Assembly: GCA_963664395.2 (NCBI GenBank)
Contig: OY761159.2
Coordinates: forward strand, 3,136,001 to 3,200,000
Direction of reading: 5' to 3'
Length of the DNA: 64,000 nt
Origin: Candidatus Binatia bacterium
GTDB taxonomy: Bacteria; Desulfobacterota; Binatia; Bin18
Under the pieces are notes generated by a model. It was not told where the DNA came from and did no database searches. It saw only the letters and a program-made list of their open reading frames with translations. Both the position numbers and the translations under genes were made by a program. Numbering within the stretch: position 1 is the stretch's first letter; each line of letters begins with the position of its first letter. Positions 39,491-48,687 of the stretch are shown here, one piece after another.

Positions 39491-39997
39491 ATGAATCGTT
39501 TTCTGGGTTTCGTTGTTGGCTGTATTGCTCTGTTTGGACTTATGCCTATTCCTGCGCACGCGTGTACCTGTCTCACACCGCCGTCGCCAAGCGGAGGAGC
39601 GGAAGCCGTGGACGTCGTCTTTGTGGGGAAGGTGGCGGATATTGAGCATATTGAAGCCGATGGCTGGCTGTACGGTTCTTGGAAATCCATGCTGGGTGCT
39701 GAACACCTATACGAATTTGAGACGCTCCGAGTCTCTATGGATGTCAGCACTGCCATTAAAGGTACGGACAAATCTCAACTAACCCTCGAAACAGCAGCCA
39801 CAACAGAACTGTGTGGGGTATTGTTCCAGGAAGGGGAAGAATATCTGGTCTATGCCTTCAATGGTGTCGGTGAGACAGTGACGACAGATATGTGCACGCG
39901 AACAGCGACCTCAAAAAAGGCGGCTTCTGACATTAAAGCCCTGGTGAATAATGAAATCACCCCAATCTGCGAAGGCTGGACGTGCATTGACGACTAG
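39491..39997 (+). CDS. Secreted TIMP/NTR-like protein
   Basis: Signal peptide ending AHA, then CTC; VFVGKV, CG..F..GEEYLVYA and CTRT. Confidence 0.75.
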   Translation: MNRFLGFVVGCIALFGLMPIPAHACTCLTPPSPSGGAEAVDVVFVGKVADIEHIEADGWLYGSWKSMLGAEHLYEFETLRVSMDVSTAIKGTDKSQLTLETAATTELCGVLFQEGEEYLVYAFNGVGETVTTDMCTRTATSKKAASDIKALVNNEITPICEGWTCIDD

Positions 39998-40017
39998 GCT
40001 CAGGACGAATGAGAGGC

Positions 40018-40436
40018 ATGCAACTGCACTATCCTGACTCGATTGACGATATTGAGCTGTCGAACTGGGACTTCTGGCGCAAAAGTCCTGAAGAACGAGA
40101 GGGCGCTTTTGCGCTGCTGCGCAAAGAGCGCCCGATTGCTTTCTTCGAGGAAGGCGAGACCAGCGTTCCGGTGCAGGGAGCGGGCTGGCGGTCTTCGAGG
40201 ACCCGTATGGCTTTGATGTCACTCGGAGCCCGAATGAGCATCTCGGATTTGGCGCGGGCGCCCACTTCTGCTTAGGGGCAAACCTGGCCCGGCGGGAGAT
40301 GGAAGTCATGTTTCGGGAACTCTTTCAGCGCCTTCCGAACCTCGAAATCACCGGAGAACCCGAGCGGCTGACGAATGATTTTATTCACGGGATTAAGCAT
40401 CTGCCGTGTCGTTTCTCGCCAGGACCGCTCATCTGA
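40018..40436 (+). pseudogene. Cytochrome P450 with a large internal deletion
   Basis: N-terminus (FALLRKERPI) joined out of frame near 40185 to FEDPYGFDVTR..N.HLGFGAGAHFCLG...IHGIKHLP*. Confidence 0.88.
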
Positions 40437-40491
40437 TACGCCCTTTTCTGACACACCCTTTCAGGAAACAAACCGGAACAGGAGGAAACAT

Positions 40492-41253
40492 ATGGCAGGA
40501 CTGACCGAGGGAAAAGTTGCACTCGTGACCGGAGCCGGGTCCGGTATTGGTCGGGCCACGGCGCTCGTCTTTGCCCGAGAAGGTGCCAAAGTCGTGGTGT
40601 CAGATATTGTGGTGGAAGGTGGTCAGGAAACCGTGCAGCAGATTGAAGCCGCGGGTGGAGAAGCCATTTTTGTCAAAGCCGATGTGTCGCAGGCCGCAGA
40701 TGTGGAGACGCTGATCGCAAAGACAGTTGAGACATATGGCCGCCTCGACTGCGCGTTCAATAATGCGGGCATCGAGGGGGGTATGAAGCTAACAATTGAC
40801 TGCACCAAGGAAGAGTTTGACCGGACGATTGCGGTCAATCTGACTGGCGTCTGGCTGTGCATGAAATACGAGATCCAACAGATGCTCAGCCAGGGCAGTG
40901 GGGCGATTGTGAATACCGCATCGGCTGCCGGTCTTGTTGGCTTTCCCGGCCTGCCTGACTATGTGGCGAGTAAACATGGTGTGGTCGGTCTGACCAAGAC
41001 CGCAGCGCTGGAATATGCCAAATCCGGCATTCGGGTGAACGCCGTCTGTCCGGGAGTGATTCAAACCCCCATGGTCGAACGGGGAGCACAACTGTCTCCG
41101 GGATTCGATGAACTCGCCCTGTCCATGGAGCCGGTTGGCCGCTTCGGGCAGCCCTCGGAAATTGGCGAAGCCGTAGTCTGGCTGTGTTCGGATGCGGCCT
41201 CGTTTGTAACCGGTATTCCGATGCAGGTGGACGGTGGCCTGGTGGCGCAGTAA
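40492..41253 (+). CDS. SDR family oxidoreductase
   Basis: TGAGSGIG, NNAG, YVASKHG and VDGG motifs. Confidence 0.95.
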   Translation: MAGLTEGKVALVTGAGSGIGRATALVFAREGAKVVVSDIVVEGGQETVQQIEAAGGEAIFVKADVSQAADVETLIAKTVETYGRLDCAFNNAGIEGGMKLTIDCTKEEFDRTIAVNLTGVWLCMKYEIQQMLSQGSGAIVNTASAAGLVGFPGLPDYVASKHGVVGLTKTAALEYAKSGIRVNAVCPGVIQTPMVERGAQLSPGFDELALSMEPVGRFGQPSEIGEAVVWLCSDAASFVTGIPMQVDGGLVAQ

Positions 41254-41272
41254 CGTCTCTCGATTCCATGCA

Positions 41273-41300
41273 AAACGGGGCACTCTGGGGTGCCCCGTTT
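41273..41300. terminator. Bidirectional terminator-like hairpin between convergent genes
   Basis: AAACGGGGCAC...GTGCCCCGTTT. Confidence 0.65.
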
Positions 41301-41320
41301 CTCTCGGCCGCTCCGGTCGC

Positions 41321-41809
41321 TTAGCGTTCCTTGTCTTTCTTCGCACGCCACTCGGCGTGTTTCTCGGCTCGACGCGCCCGAAATTCCGCAATCAGGGTCG
41401 CCGCTTTCGCGCGTTGGGCCGGAGTCAGTTCGGCCCGGATGGCTAAGCCCATTGCCAGGGATTCTTCAGACAGAGTCGAGCGAAGCTGATTCAATTTGGC
41501 TTGCAGAGCGGTGAAGTCGCCGGCTTCAACATTCGACTCTCCCAGGAGTCGGTTCATGATCTCCTGACGGGTCTCCCGCAGATTCTTTTTGAGGCCGGTC
41601 AGGCTGTCCCGATGCTTCTTCTTGATCGCCTCGATACTGGCCTGCTGCGTTTCGGTCAGGTCCAAATTCTGCAACACGTGTGGGGGGAAGAAGCCAGGAC
41701 CACCCCGACCAAAACGCCCGTGTCCGGGGCGGGCGGACACGAGTGAGGCGAGCAGGAGTCCCGCGGCAACCACGCTGACACCGATGATGCTCCATTTTCT
41801 TTTTGTCAT
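41321..41809 (-). CDS. Spy/CpxP-family periplasmic protein
   Basis: Signal peptide; LTETQ and LTPAQR (LTxxQ) motifs. Confidence 0.85.
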   Translation of the reverse strand: MTKRKWSIIGVSVVAAGLLLASLVSARPGHGRFGRGGPGFFPPHVLQNLDLTETQQASIEAIKKKHRDSLTGLKKNLRETRQEIMNRLLGESNVEAGDFTALQAKLNQLRSTLSEESLAMGLAIRAELTPAQRAKAATLIAEFRARRAEKHAEWRAKKDKER

Positions 41810-41868
41810 ATATCGACCTCCTTGGTATGTGTATCTGTCTGATTAGACACGCGCGGACGGATTCCGGG

Positions 41869-42372
41869 CTACCGTGATTCGACCGGCGGGGGAGAGGATT
41901 GAAAGTCCTTATGCCGACCAAACCCACGTCGGCCACGCCCTGGTCTCTTGTTGAATTGTTCGAGCAACTTGGCGCGTTGTTCCGGGCTCAGAAGAGCACG
42001 GACGCGGAGCATGGTCTTTAATTGCTCTTTGCGGAGTTCCGTCCGCAGGCGACCAATACGATCGACTTGTTCCAGCAGGGCTGTTTCCCTGGGCGCTTCT
42101 TCCTCCAACATGCTGCGCATTTGCTCGTGCGCTTCACGCAATTGACGCCGCAGCGTCCGCTTCTTGGCGCGGGAGGTATCAATGATCGCGTCTACTCGTG
42201 CCAGTGTTCTTTCATCAAGCCCCAGCTCCTCGACAAGACGCTCAAGCCGCGACCCAGGCGGAGCATGACGGGCGGACGGCCCTGGGGGCTGCGCCCAGCC
42301 GCCAGCGGTCCAGCCGCTCCATTCACACAGAGTGAACACAGCCACGAGCAGAAATATGTTGGTCTTTCTCAT
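41869..42372 (-). CDS. Spy/CpxP / periplasmic heavy-metal-sensor family protein
   Basis: Signal peptide from MRKTNIF; ELGLD and LLSPEQR motifs. Confidence 0.8.
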   Translation of the reverse strand: MRKTNIFLLVAVFTLCEWSGWTAGGWAQPPGPSARHAPPGSRLERLVEELGLDERTLARVDAIIDTSRAKKRTLRRQLREAHEQMRSMLEEEAPRETALLEQVDRIGRLRTELRKEQLKTMLRVRALLSPEQRAKLLEQFNKRPGRGRRGFGRHKDFQSSPPPVESR

Positions 42373-42382
42373 AACAGCCTGT

Positions 42383-42814
42383 TCACAGCAGTTCAAAAGC
42401 ATCAGCCAGGGCAAGATATTCAGCAGGAAGAAAGTCAGTCTGCGCTTCCGATTGGTAATAGGCATACGCCAAAAGGCTGGCGTGAGAGGTTATGTCTTGC
42501 GTATTCGCCGTATCGGTATCCTGTGCGAGTGGTGTTGGGGCTGACAGTGGGGTGAGGTCTTTGAAGCTCGGACCGGAAACCTGTTGCGAGGGAAGCGCAA
42601 ACCACAGCAGCAGCGCCGCACACGTCGCTGCAAGCAGGCTGGCGGGCCGCAGGAAAGGAAGCCGGGACGAGTCCGCCAGCCGTTCTCTAAGCCTTCGGTC
42701 AAACGTCGCCTGCTGCGCCGCCGAGAGTGACTGTGGCGTATAGTGCTCGGCCACACGCTGAATAAAGCGCCGGTCGTCGGGCTTGATGTTGTGGTGCTCG
42801 TCTGAAGACGGCAT
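42383..42814 (-). CDS. Probable single-TM anti-sigma factor
   Basis: Immediately downstream of an ECF sigma; one TM segment. Confidence 0.6.
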   Translation of the reverse strand: MPSSDEHHNIKPDDRRFIQRVAEHYTPQSLSAAQQATFDRRLRERLADSSRLPFLRPASLLAATCAALLLWFALPSQQVSGPSFKDLTPLSAPTPLAQDTDTANTQDITSHASLLAYAYYQSEAQTDFLPAEYLALADAFELL

Positions 42815-42816
42815 GA

Positions 42817-43392
42817 CTACGCGCCTCCTGTCTGTGATGCATCTTCCGTTCTGTCATTCAGGTCGGCCAGTTCCGCGCGCAGTTTGACCAGGGCGCGATG
42901 GAGATGGCTCTTCACGGTTCCGCTCGGTTTTCCCAAAAAATCGGCGCACTCCTGAACCGTAAAGCCCTCAAGATGGACAAGTATGAAGGCTTCGCGCTGC
43001 CGACGTGAGAGTTGGTCCAGGGCGTGGGCGATGCGCCGCCGCAGCCCAGGGTCGCCTTGCACGGTTGATGTTGGATCAGGGAATTCTTCTTCGCTTTCAC
43101 GCTGCCAGAGTGTCCGCACCGCACGCCAGCGGCGATAGTTATGCGCCTGGCGGACGAGGATACGATAGAACCACGTTTCGAGACTCGCCTCCCCCCGAAA
43201 GCTGTCAAGCGCTTGATATGCCTTGACGAAAGCATCTTGGGTAACATCTTCGGCCGCAGCTTCATCGCCCCCGACCAAGCGCCAGGCCAGCCGTCTCGCC
43301 CGGTCACGCCGAAGGGCAACAAACGTGCTGAAACACTCCTCACGTTCAGCCGGCAGTGCTCCCATCTCAGCTATTCCAACTCCAACGAGCAT
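42817..43392 (-). CDS. ECF sigma-70 factor
   Basis: AEDVTQDAFVKAY, F.GEASL.TW.YRI and GTVKSHLHRA motifs. Confidence 0.93.
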   Translation of the reverse strand: MLVGVGIAEMGALPAEREECFSTFVALRRDRARRLAWRLVGGDEAAAEDVTQDAFVKAYQALDSFRGEASLETWFYRILVRQAHNYRRWRAVRTLWQRESEEEFPDPTSTVQGDPGLRRRIAHALDQLSRRQREAFILVHLEGFTVQECADFLGKPSGTVKSHLHRALVKLRAELADLNDRTEDASQTGGA

Positions 43393-43470
43393 GGACGCGG
43401 TCTTCCTCTATCTGTATGAGACACCTGAGTCAGCCATTTGGTTTACACACGGATTCGGAAGAGGAGACCC

Positions 43471-43962
43471 CTATGAGGGTTTTGACTCAGCCGCCAGTGC
43501 GTGCAGCGCTTGACCGCTGAGCCGGTAGGGCAGCCATTCCTGCATATGGCCCATGCCCAGACGATGGTAGAACTCGCGGGCGGGGTTCCAGTCCAAAACC
43601 TGAAACTCCAGGCGCTGATAGCCGCGTTCGACTGAAAGAGCAGCCAGTTTGGCCATGAGCGCCCGCCCGACTCCATATTTACGCGCCGATTCGATGACAA
43701 ACAGGTCTTCGAGATACAGGCTCGGCCGCCCCTCCCAGGTGGAGTAGGTCGCAAAGAACAGGGCAAAGCCGACCGGCTTGTCATTCCGCTCGGCAATCAG
43801 TACCTCGAATTGAGGCCGTTCGCCAAAGCCGTCGCGCAGCAGGTCTTCGGGCGTGGTCTTGACCGCGTCCGGCTCGTTCTCGAATCGGGCCAATTCCTTG
43901 ATGAACCCAAGGATGAGCGGCACGTCGTCCGCAGTGGAGAAACGGATGGTAATGCTCGGCAT
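43471..43962 (-). CDS. GNAT N-acetyltransferase (SSAT-like)
   Basis: YSTWEG..LYLEDLFV..R..GVG and VLDWN.A..FY motifs. Confidence 0.92.
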   Translation of the reverse strand: MPSITIRFSTADDVPLILGFIKELARFENEPDAVKTTPEDLLRDGFGERPQFEVLIAERNDKPVGFALFFATYSTWEGRPSLYLEDLFVIESARKYGVGRALMAKLAALSVERGYQRLEFQVLDWNPAREFYHRLGMGHMQEWLPYRLSGQALHALAAESKPS

Positions 43963-43980
43963 GAATCGCGCTTTCCCCCA

Positions 43981-45366
43981 CTACGGCTCGGTCTTCACCA
44001 GGCGAAAATCGCCTTTGGCGGCATTCCGGTATAAATTAATCTGCCCGATATGCCGGGCGCGGCCTTCCTCGTCCGTGACGCCCAGCCCTTCCTCCGGGGC
44101 GAGGCACAGCACGCCAATTTTTCCAATCTGCGTATTGTGGTGCACCCGATACGCCGCCTCACCGGTCTCGGCCAGGGGATAGGTCTCTGACAAGAGGGGA
44201 TGAATGGCGCGTTTGCAGACCAACCGATTCGCTTCCCAGGCTTCTCTGTAGTTGGCAAAGTGCGAGCCTATGATGCGCTTCTTGTTCATCCATAAATAGC
44301 GGTTGTCATACTCGTGATTATAGCCGCTGGTGGAAGCGCAGGTGACGATCTGACCTCCGGGCCGCGCGATAAAGACACTGGCCGCAAAGGTTTCATGGCC
44401 CGGATGCTCATACACCACATCCGGGTCTTCGCCGCCCGTCATGTCCCGAATCTGCTTGCCAAAGCGACGCAGTTCGCCCTGGTTTTGCGACCCGTCTTCA
44501 TTCCAGAACCGATAGCCCTCGGCATTCCGGTCAATCACCCAACGCGCGCCTATGGTTTCGCACAACCTGACCTTGTCCTGGGATGACACCACGCAGATGG
44601 GGAAGGCGCCCGTGTTCAATACATACTGCAACGCAAAGCCGCCCAGCCCGCCGACCGCGCCCCAGATCAGGACGATATCGCCCTGTTTGATATGGGTGCC
44701 GTTTTTGCTGACCAGCATGCGATACGAGGTGGAGTTGACCAGCGGCATGGAAGCCGACTCTTCCCAGGTGAGATGCGGCGGCTTGGGCATGAGCTGGTTG
44801 GCCCGGACAACGGCAATTTCAGCCAGCGCGCCAAAATTGGTTTCAAAGCCCCAGATACGCTGGTCCGGGTCGAGCATGGAATCGTCATGGCCGTCCGGGG
44901 CCTGCATGTCCACATAGTTGCAGTGAATGGTGACTTCGTCGCCCGGCTTGAACAGGTTCACCCCAGGCCCGACCTTCAATACCACGCCGGAGGCGTCGCT
45001 GCCCAAGATATGATACGGCAGATTATGCCGGCTATCCCACGGGCTTTTCTTGGCGTTTCGCTCCAAAAACAAAAACGTCGGCAGGGGCTCGAAGATGGCG
45101 CTCCAGACTGTATTAAAATTGATGCTGGAGGCCATGATCGCGACCAGAGCCTCATTCGGGCCGACCTCCGGGACAGGGACCTGGTCGAGATGGAGGCTTT
45201 TCTTGGGATCTTTTTCCCAGGACTCCAGCCCCTCGAACATAGTCACTTCGTCTTTATGGGTCGTAATCGCCAGCATCCATTCCGGGAGCGGAAGCCCCTC
45301 AAAGTCTTCGGTTTTGGCCTGGCCATCCATGATGGCTTCACGGATGTTCTTCATTTCGGTTGTCAT
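43981..45366 (-). CDS. ccr: Crotonyl-CoA carboxylase/reductase
   Basis: MASSINFNTVW, GSDASGVV, IWGFETNFG, LIWGA.GGLG and IIGSHFAN motifs. Confidence 0.93.
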   Translation of the reverse strand: MTTEMKNIREAIMDGQAKTEDFEGLPLPEWMLAITTHKDEVTMFEGLESWEKDPKKSLHLDQVPVPEVGPNEALVAIMASSINFNTVWSAIFEPLPTFLFLERNAKKSPWDSRHNLPYHILGSDASGVVLKVGPGVNLFKPGDEVTIHCNYVDMQAPDGHDDSMLDPDQRIWGFETNFGALAEIAVVRANQLMPKPPHLTWEESASMPLVNSTSYRMLVSKNGTHIKQGDIVLIWGAVGGLGGFALQYVLNTGAFPICVVSSQDKVRLCETIGARWVIDRNAEGYRFWNEDGSQNQGELRRFGKQIRDMTGGEDPDVVYEHPGHETFAASVFIARPGGQIVTCASTSGYNHEYDNRYLWMNKKRIIGSHFANYREAWEANRLVCKRAIHPLLSETYPLAETGEAAYRVHHNTQIGKIGVLCLAPEEGLGVTDEEGRARHIGQINLYRNAAKGDFRLVKTEP

Positions 45367-45406
45367 GGTTATCTACTGCTTCTCCTCATATGATGCGTCG
45401 TTGGAA

Positions 45407-47023
45407 TCAGTGACGCGGATCGATTAACACGCCCGGATTCAGCAGGCCCTGCGGATCAAGGGCGGCTTTCGCAGCCTGAAGGGCGCTGGCAAAGAGGTCC
45501 GGGCGTTGCTTCTCATACTGCGGCCGGTGGGTCCGCCCGACGGAGTGGTGATGCGTCACCGTGCCGCCATAGCGCACGACCGCCTCCGATGCCGCGGTTT
45601 TGATTTCATGCCACTGCTCCAGCACGCTGCCCTTTTTGCCCATGCCGGTAAAAGTGAAATACGGCGCCGGGCCGTCCGGATAGACATGGGTAAAGCGGCA
45701 CGACAGGACGCCGCCGCCACACACCTCATCCAGCGCTTTTTGGACATCCCGCATCACCCCGGCGTGGAATGCGTGAAAGGTATTCCACGGAATTGAGCTC
45801 TCGGTGGTGTCGAATATCGCGCCCATGGCCGCCATGGTCGAAAAGGCGTAGGGCATGCGGATAAAGGCGTTGCGCCAGTCGCCGACCGAGCCGCCGCGGC
45901 CCGTGGTCTCTCCGCCGCCCTTAATCACCACCCCGTTGGGTGTCGTCCCGCCGAGGTCCGTACAGCACTCAAGCGCACGGTTGATCCAGGGTTCGAGCGG
46001 ATGGTCCGCGGATTCAAAGCCGAGCATGAGCAGGCTGCCGCCCGTGCCATTGCCGACATTATTGCGTTTGACCTCAGTTGGATCGAGAATACGACAATTG
46101 GTGGGATACAGGCCCGACTGGCTGAGCAAACGAATCGCCTCGACCCCATTCTCAAATTTTTCAAAATGCACCGCGGTTGAGGCCCGATAGACCGGACGAT
46201 GCTGCAAGCGCATCCAGGCTTCGGTGATGATGCCCAGAATCCCCTCCGAGCCAATAAACATACGGTCCGGGCTTGGGCCGGCGCCTGATCCCGGCAGGCG
46301 ACGCGAGGCGACAATGCCGTTTGGGGTGACGACTCGGGTGGATTCGACAAGGTCATCAATATGCGTGTACAGCGTGGCAAAATGTCCGCCCGAGCGGGTT
46401 GCGATCCAGCCGCCCAGCGTCGAGAACTCGAACGACTGGGGATAATGCCGCAGGGTATAGCCGTGCGGTTTGAGTTGGGCTTCCAAGGCAGGTCCGTATA
46501 CGCCGGCTTGAATGCGGGCCGCGCGTGAGGTCTCGTCAATTTCCAGCACTTTGTCGAGATGACGCAGGTCAATGGACACGCTACCGGGATAGGCGTCGCC
46601 CGGCGGAGGCTCGACGCCGCTTGTCACGCTCGATCCTCCCCCAAAGGGAATGGCTGCCGCACCAACCTCGTTGCACCAGTCCAATACTGAGACCACATCT
46701 TCTTCGGTCCTGGGAAAGGCCACGACATCGGGCGGATTCGGAAAGTCCAAATGGAAGGCTTTCACAATATCGGGCAGGGCTTTGCCATAGGAATGAGCCG
46801 CGCGGTCGTAGGTCTCAGTTGAGCAGATGCCGGAGAGAGACGGCGGCGGTGAGAGGCGCGGCGCGCGGAGCTGAATGTCTTCAACGCGCGGCTCCGGGTC
46901 CAGGCTAAAGTCGCCGGCCCCCACGCTCTCGGCAATTCCTTTGGCGATATTTTTTTTCTGTTCCGGGGTGGGCTGTTCGTCTTCAAATCCCCAGCCCCAA
47001 ATGGTGGTTCGACGGTGTGCCAT
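45407..47023 (-). CDS. FAD-binding oxidoreductase (VAO/alkyl-DHAP synthase-like)
   Basis: PFGGGSSV, HYPQSFEFSTLGGW, GSEGILGIITE, THHHSVG and LNPG motifs. Confidence 0.9.
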   Translation of the reverse strand: MAHRRTTIWGWGFEDEQPTPEQKKNIAKGIAESVGAGDFSLDPEPRVEDIQLRAPRLSPPPSLSGICSTETYDRAAHSYGKALPDIVKAFHLDFPNPPDVVAFPRTEEDVVSVLDWCNEVGAAAIPFGGGSSVTSGVEPPPGDAYPGSVSIDLRHLDKVLEIDETSRAARIQAGVYGPALEAQLKPHGYTLRHYPQSFEFSTLGGWIATRSGGHFATLYTHIDDLVESTRVVTPNGIVASRRLPGSGAGPSPDRMFIGSEGILGIITEAWMRLQHRPVYRASTAVHFEKFENGVEAIRLLSQSGLYPTNCRILDPTEVKRNNVGNGTGGSLLMLGFESADHPLEPWINRALECCTDLGGTTPNGVVIKGGGETTGRGGSVGDWRNAFIRMPYAFSTMAAMGAIFDTTESSIPWNTFHAFHAGVMRDVQKALDEVCGGGVLSCRFTHVYPDGPAPYFTFTGMGKKGSVLEQWHEIKTAASEAVVRYGGTVTHHHSVGRTHRPQYEKQRPDLFASALQAAKAALDPQGLLNPGVLIDPRH

Positions 47024-47037
47024 GCTGCCTCCTTGCG

Positions 47038-48669
47038 CTAGTACTTCCCAAACGGGGGTTCCTGAATGGTCATTTGATATTCAATGAGATGCATCTCTCC
47101 GGAGGCAAGCGCCGTGTCCAAGGCTGCTTGTAATGCTGCCGGAGACTGGACGCGCGTTGCGCGGACGCCAAATGCCCCTGCGAAGGCCAGGAAGTCCGGA
47201 TTTGTCAGTTGGGCTTGATACGCCTCTTGATACGCGGTCCGCTGCAAATAGCCGATCACCCCAAAAGCATTATCGTTGACCACAATAAGTGGAAAGCCAA
47301 TGTTATGGCGCACGCACGTCGCCAATTCCTGGGCCGTGTAGAGAAAGCCACCGTCACCGATCAGGCCGACAACCGGCGTATCAGGCCGCGCCACCTTGAC
47401 GCCGATGGCTGCCGGAAAACTGAATCCGAGCAGACCGGAGCCTTTGGCCCCGATGATTCCGTTGGCTTGATAGGACGGATAAAAATACTCGGCCCAATAG
47501 CCAAGCTGGGTGTTATCGACCACCAGGGTGCTGTCTCGTGGCAGTACATCTCGAATAGCCTTGAGCGACTGAATTTCCGGACGCTCGTGGCTGAGTCGCT
47601 CGAGCTCTGCGTCAGCCTCACGCCGCCACGCCGCGGTCCGTTCCTGGCGCGGACCGGTGTAGGGTTCTCCTTCAAGTTGATTGCGCAGCGCTTGGGTAAT
47701 GGCTCCAATATCTCCGACCAGCGGCAGCGCGGCTGGATAATTTCTGCTGATCCAGCGCTCGTCCCAATCGACATGAATCAACTGTTCGGGTAATGCCAAG
47801 CCGCGTCGTTTGGCATCGACCTCACGCAGCCGGGAACCAATCACGACTGCCGCATCGCAGCCGGGTACGAGGTCTTTGACCACCAGTTTGCGCGCCGCAT
47901 TGCCGAACGCCAGGGGATGATCTTCCGGAACCACGCCTTTGCCTGGGGTGTTGGTGATGACGGGTGCACATAGAGCCTCGGCCAGGGCTTGGATGTCTCC
48001 GGCCAAGTCCCCGGAAGTACTCGCCCGTGCCGCGTCCGTACCAGCCAGAATGAGGGGCTGTTTTGCATTGCGCAGAATGGCGACCGCCTCGTCAAGCCGA
48101 GGAGGCAGCGGCGGGGGGGCTGGAGCGTTGTCCGACGAGATCGGAGTCGCCGCGGGTGCGTCTCCGGCCATCAGGTCGGTGGGGACTTCCAGACACACCG
48201 GGCCGGGCCGGCCGGCCTGAGCCAGGGCGATGGCGCGTTTTGCGGCTGCATACAGCTCATCGCCCGTCCGGGGAATAATCACCTCTTTGGTAATGGTCCG
48301 AAAGAGAGAGGTCTGTTCTTCCAGTTCGTGCAGGACGCCCAGACCCTGGCCGATTTTAGCGGCGTCGATATTGGTCGTGATCATCAGGACCGGCGAGCAA
48401 CTGCCCCAGGCTTCCTGCAGGGCCGAAACCGTAAAGCCCGCGCCCGGACCGGTTGAGGAGACAATAACCCCCAGTCCGCCGCTCGCCCGGGCATAGCCGT
48501 CCGCCATATGGGTGGCGCCAGCTTCGTGCCGACACCCAATATGTCGAATTGAGGGCTCGTGGCGCAGGGACTCGTACAGGCCGATATTATGGATGCTGGG
48601 GATACCAAAAATGGTCGAGACACCGGCCTCTTTCAGGGCCAGAACGATGCCATCGGCTCCTCGGGGCAT
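47038..48669 (-). CDS. Thiamine-diphosphate-dependent enzyme (AHAS/decarboxylase-like)
   Basis: RHEAGA.HMADGYAR, TGPG and GDGG...NDN motifs. Confidence 0.9.
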   Translation of the reverse strand: MPRGADGIVLALKEAGVSTIFGIPSIHNIGLYESLRHEPSIRHIGCRHEAGATHMADGYARASGGLGVIVSSTGPGAGFTVSALQEAWGSCSPVLMITTNIDAAKIGQGLGVLHELEEQTSLFRTITKEVIIPRTGDELYAAAKRAIALAQAGRPGPVCLEVPTDLMAGDAPAATPISSDNAPAPPPLPPRLDEAVAILRNAKQPLILAGTDAARASTSGDLAGDIQALAEALCAPVITNTPGKGVVPEDHPLAFGNAARKLVVKDLVPGCDAAVVIGSRLREVDAKRRGLALPEQLIHVDWDERWISRNYPAALPLVGDIGAITQALRNQLEGEPYTGPRQERTAAWRREADAELERLSHERPEIQSLKAIRDVLPRDSTLVVDNTQLGYWAEYFYPSYQANGIIGAKGSGLLGFSFPAAIGVKVARPDTPVVGLIGDGGFLYTAQELATCVRHNIGFPLIVVNDNAFGVIGYLQRTAYQEAYQAQLTNPDFLAFAGAFGVRATRVQSPAALQAALDTALASGEMHLIEYQMTIQEPPFGKY

Positions 48670-48687
48670 GCACCCTCCCTTCTGAAT

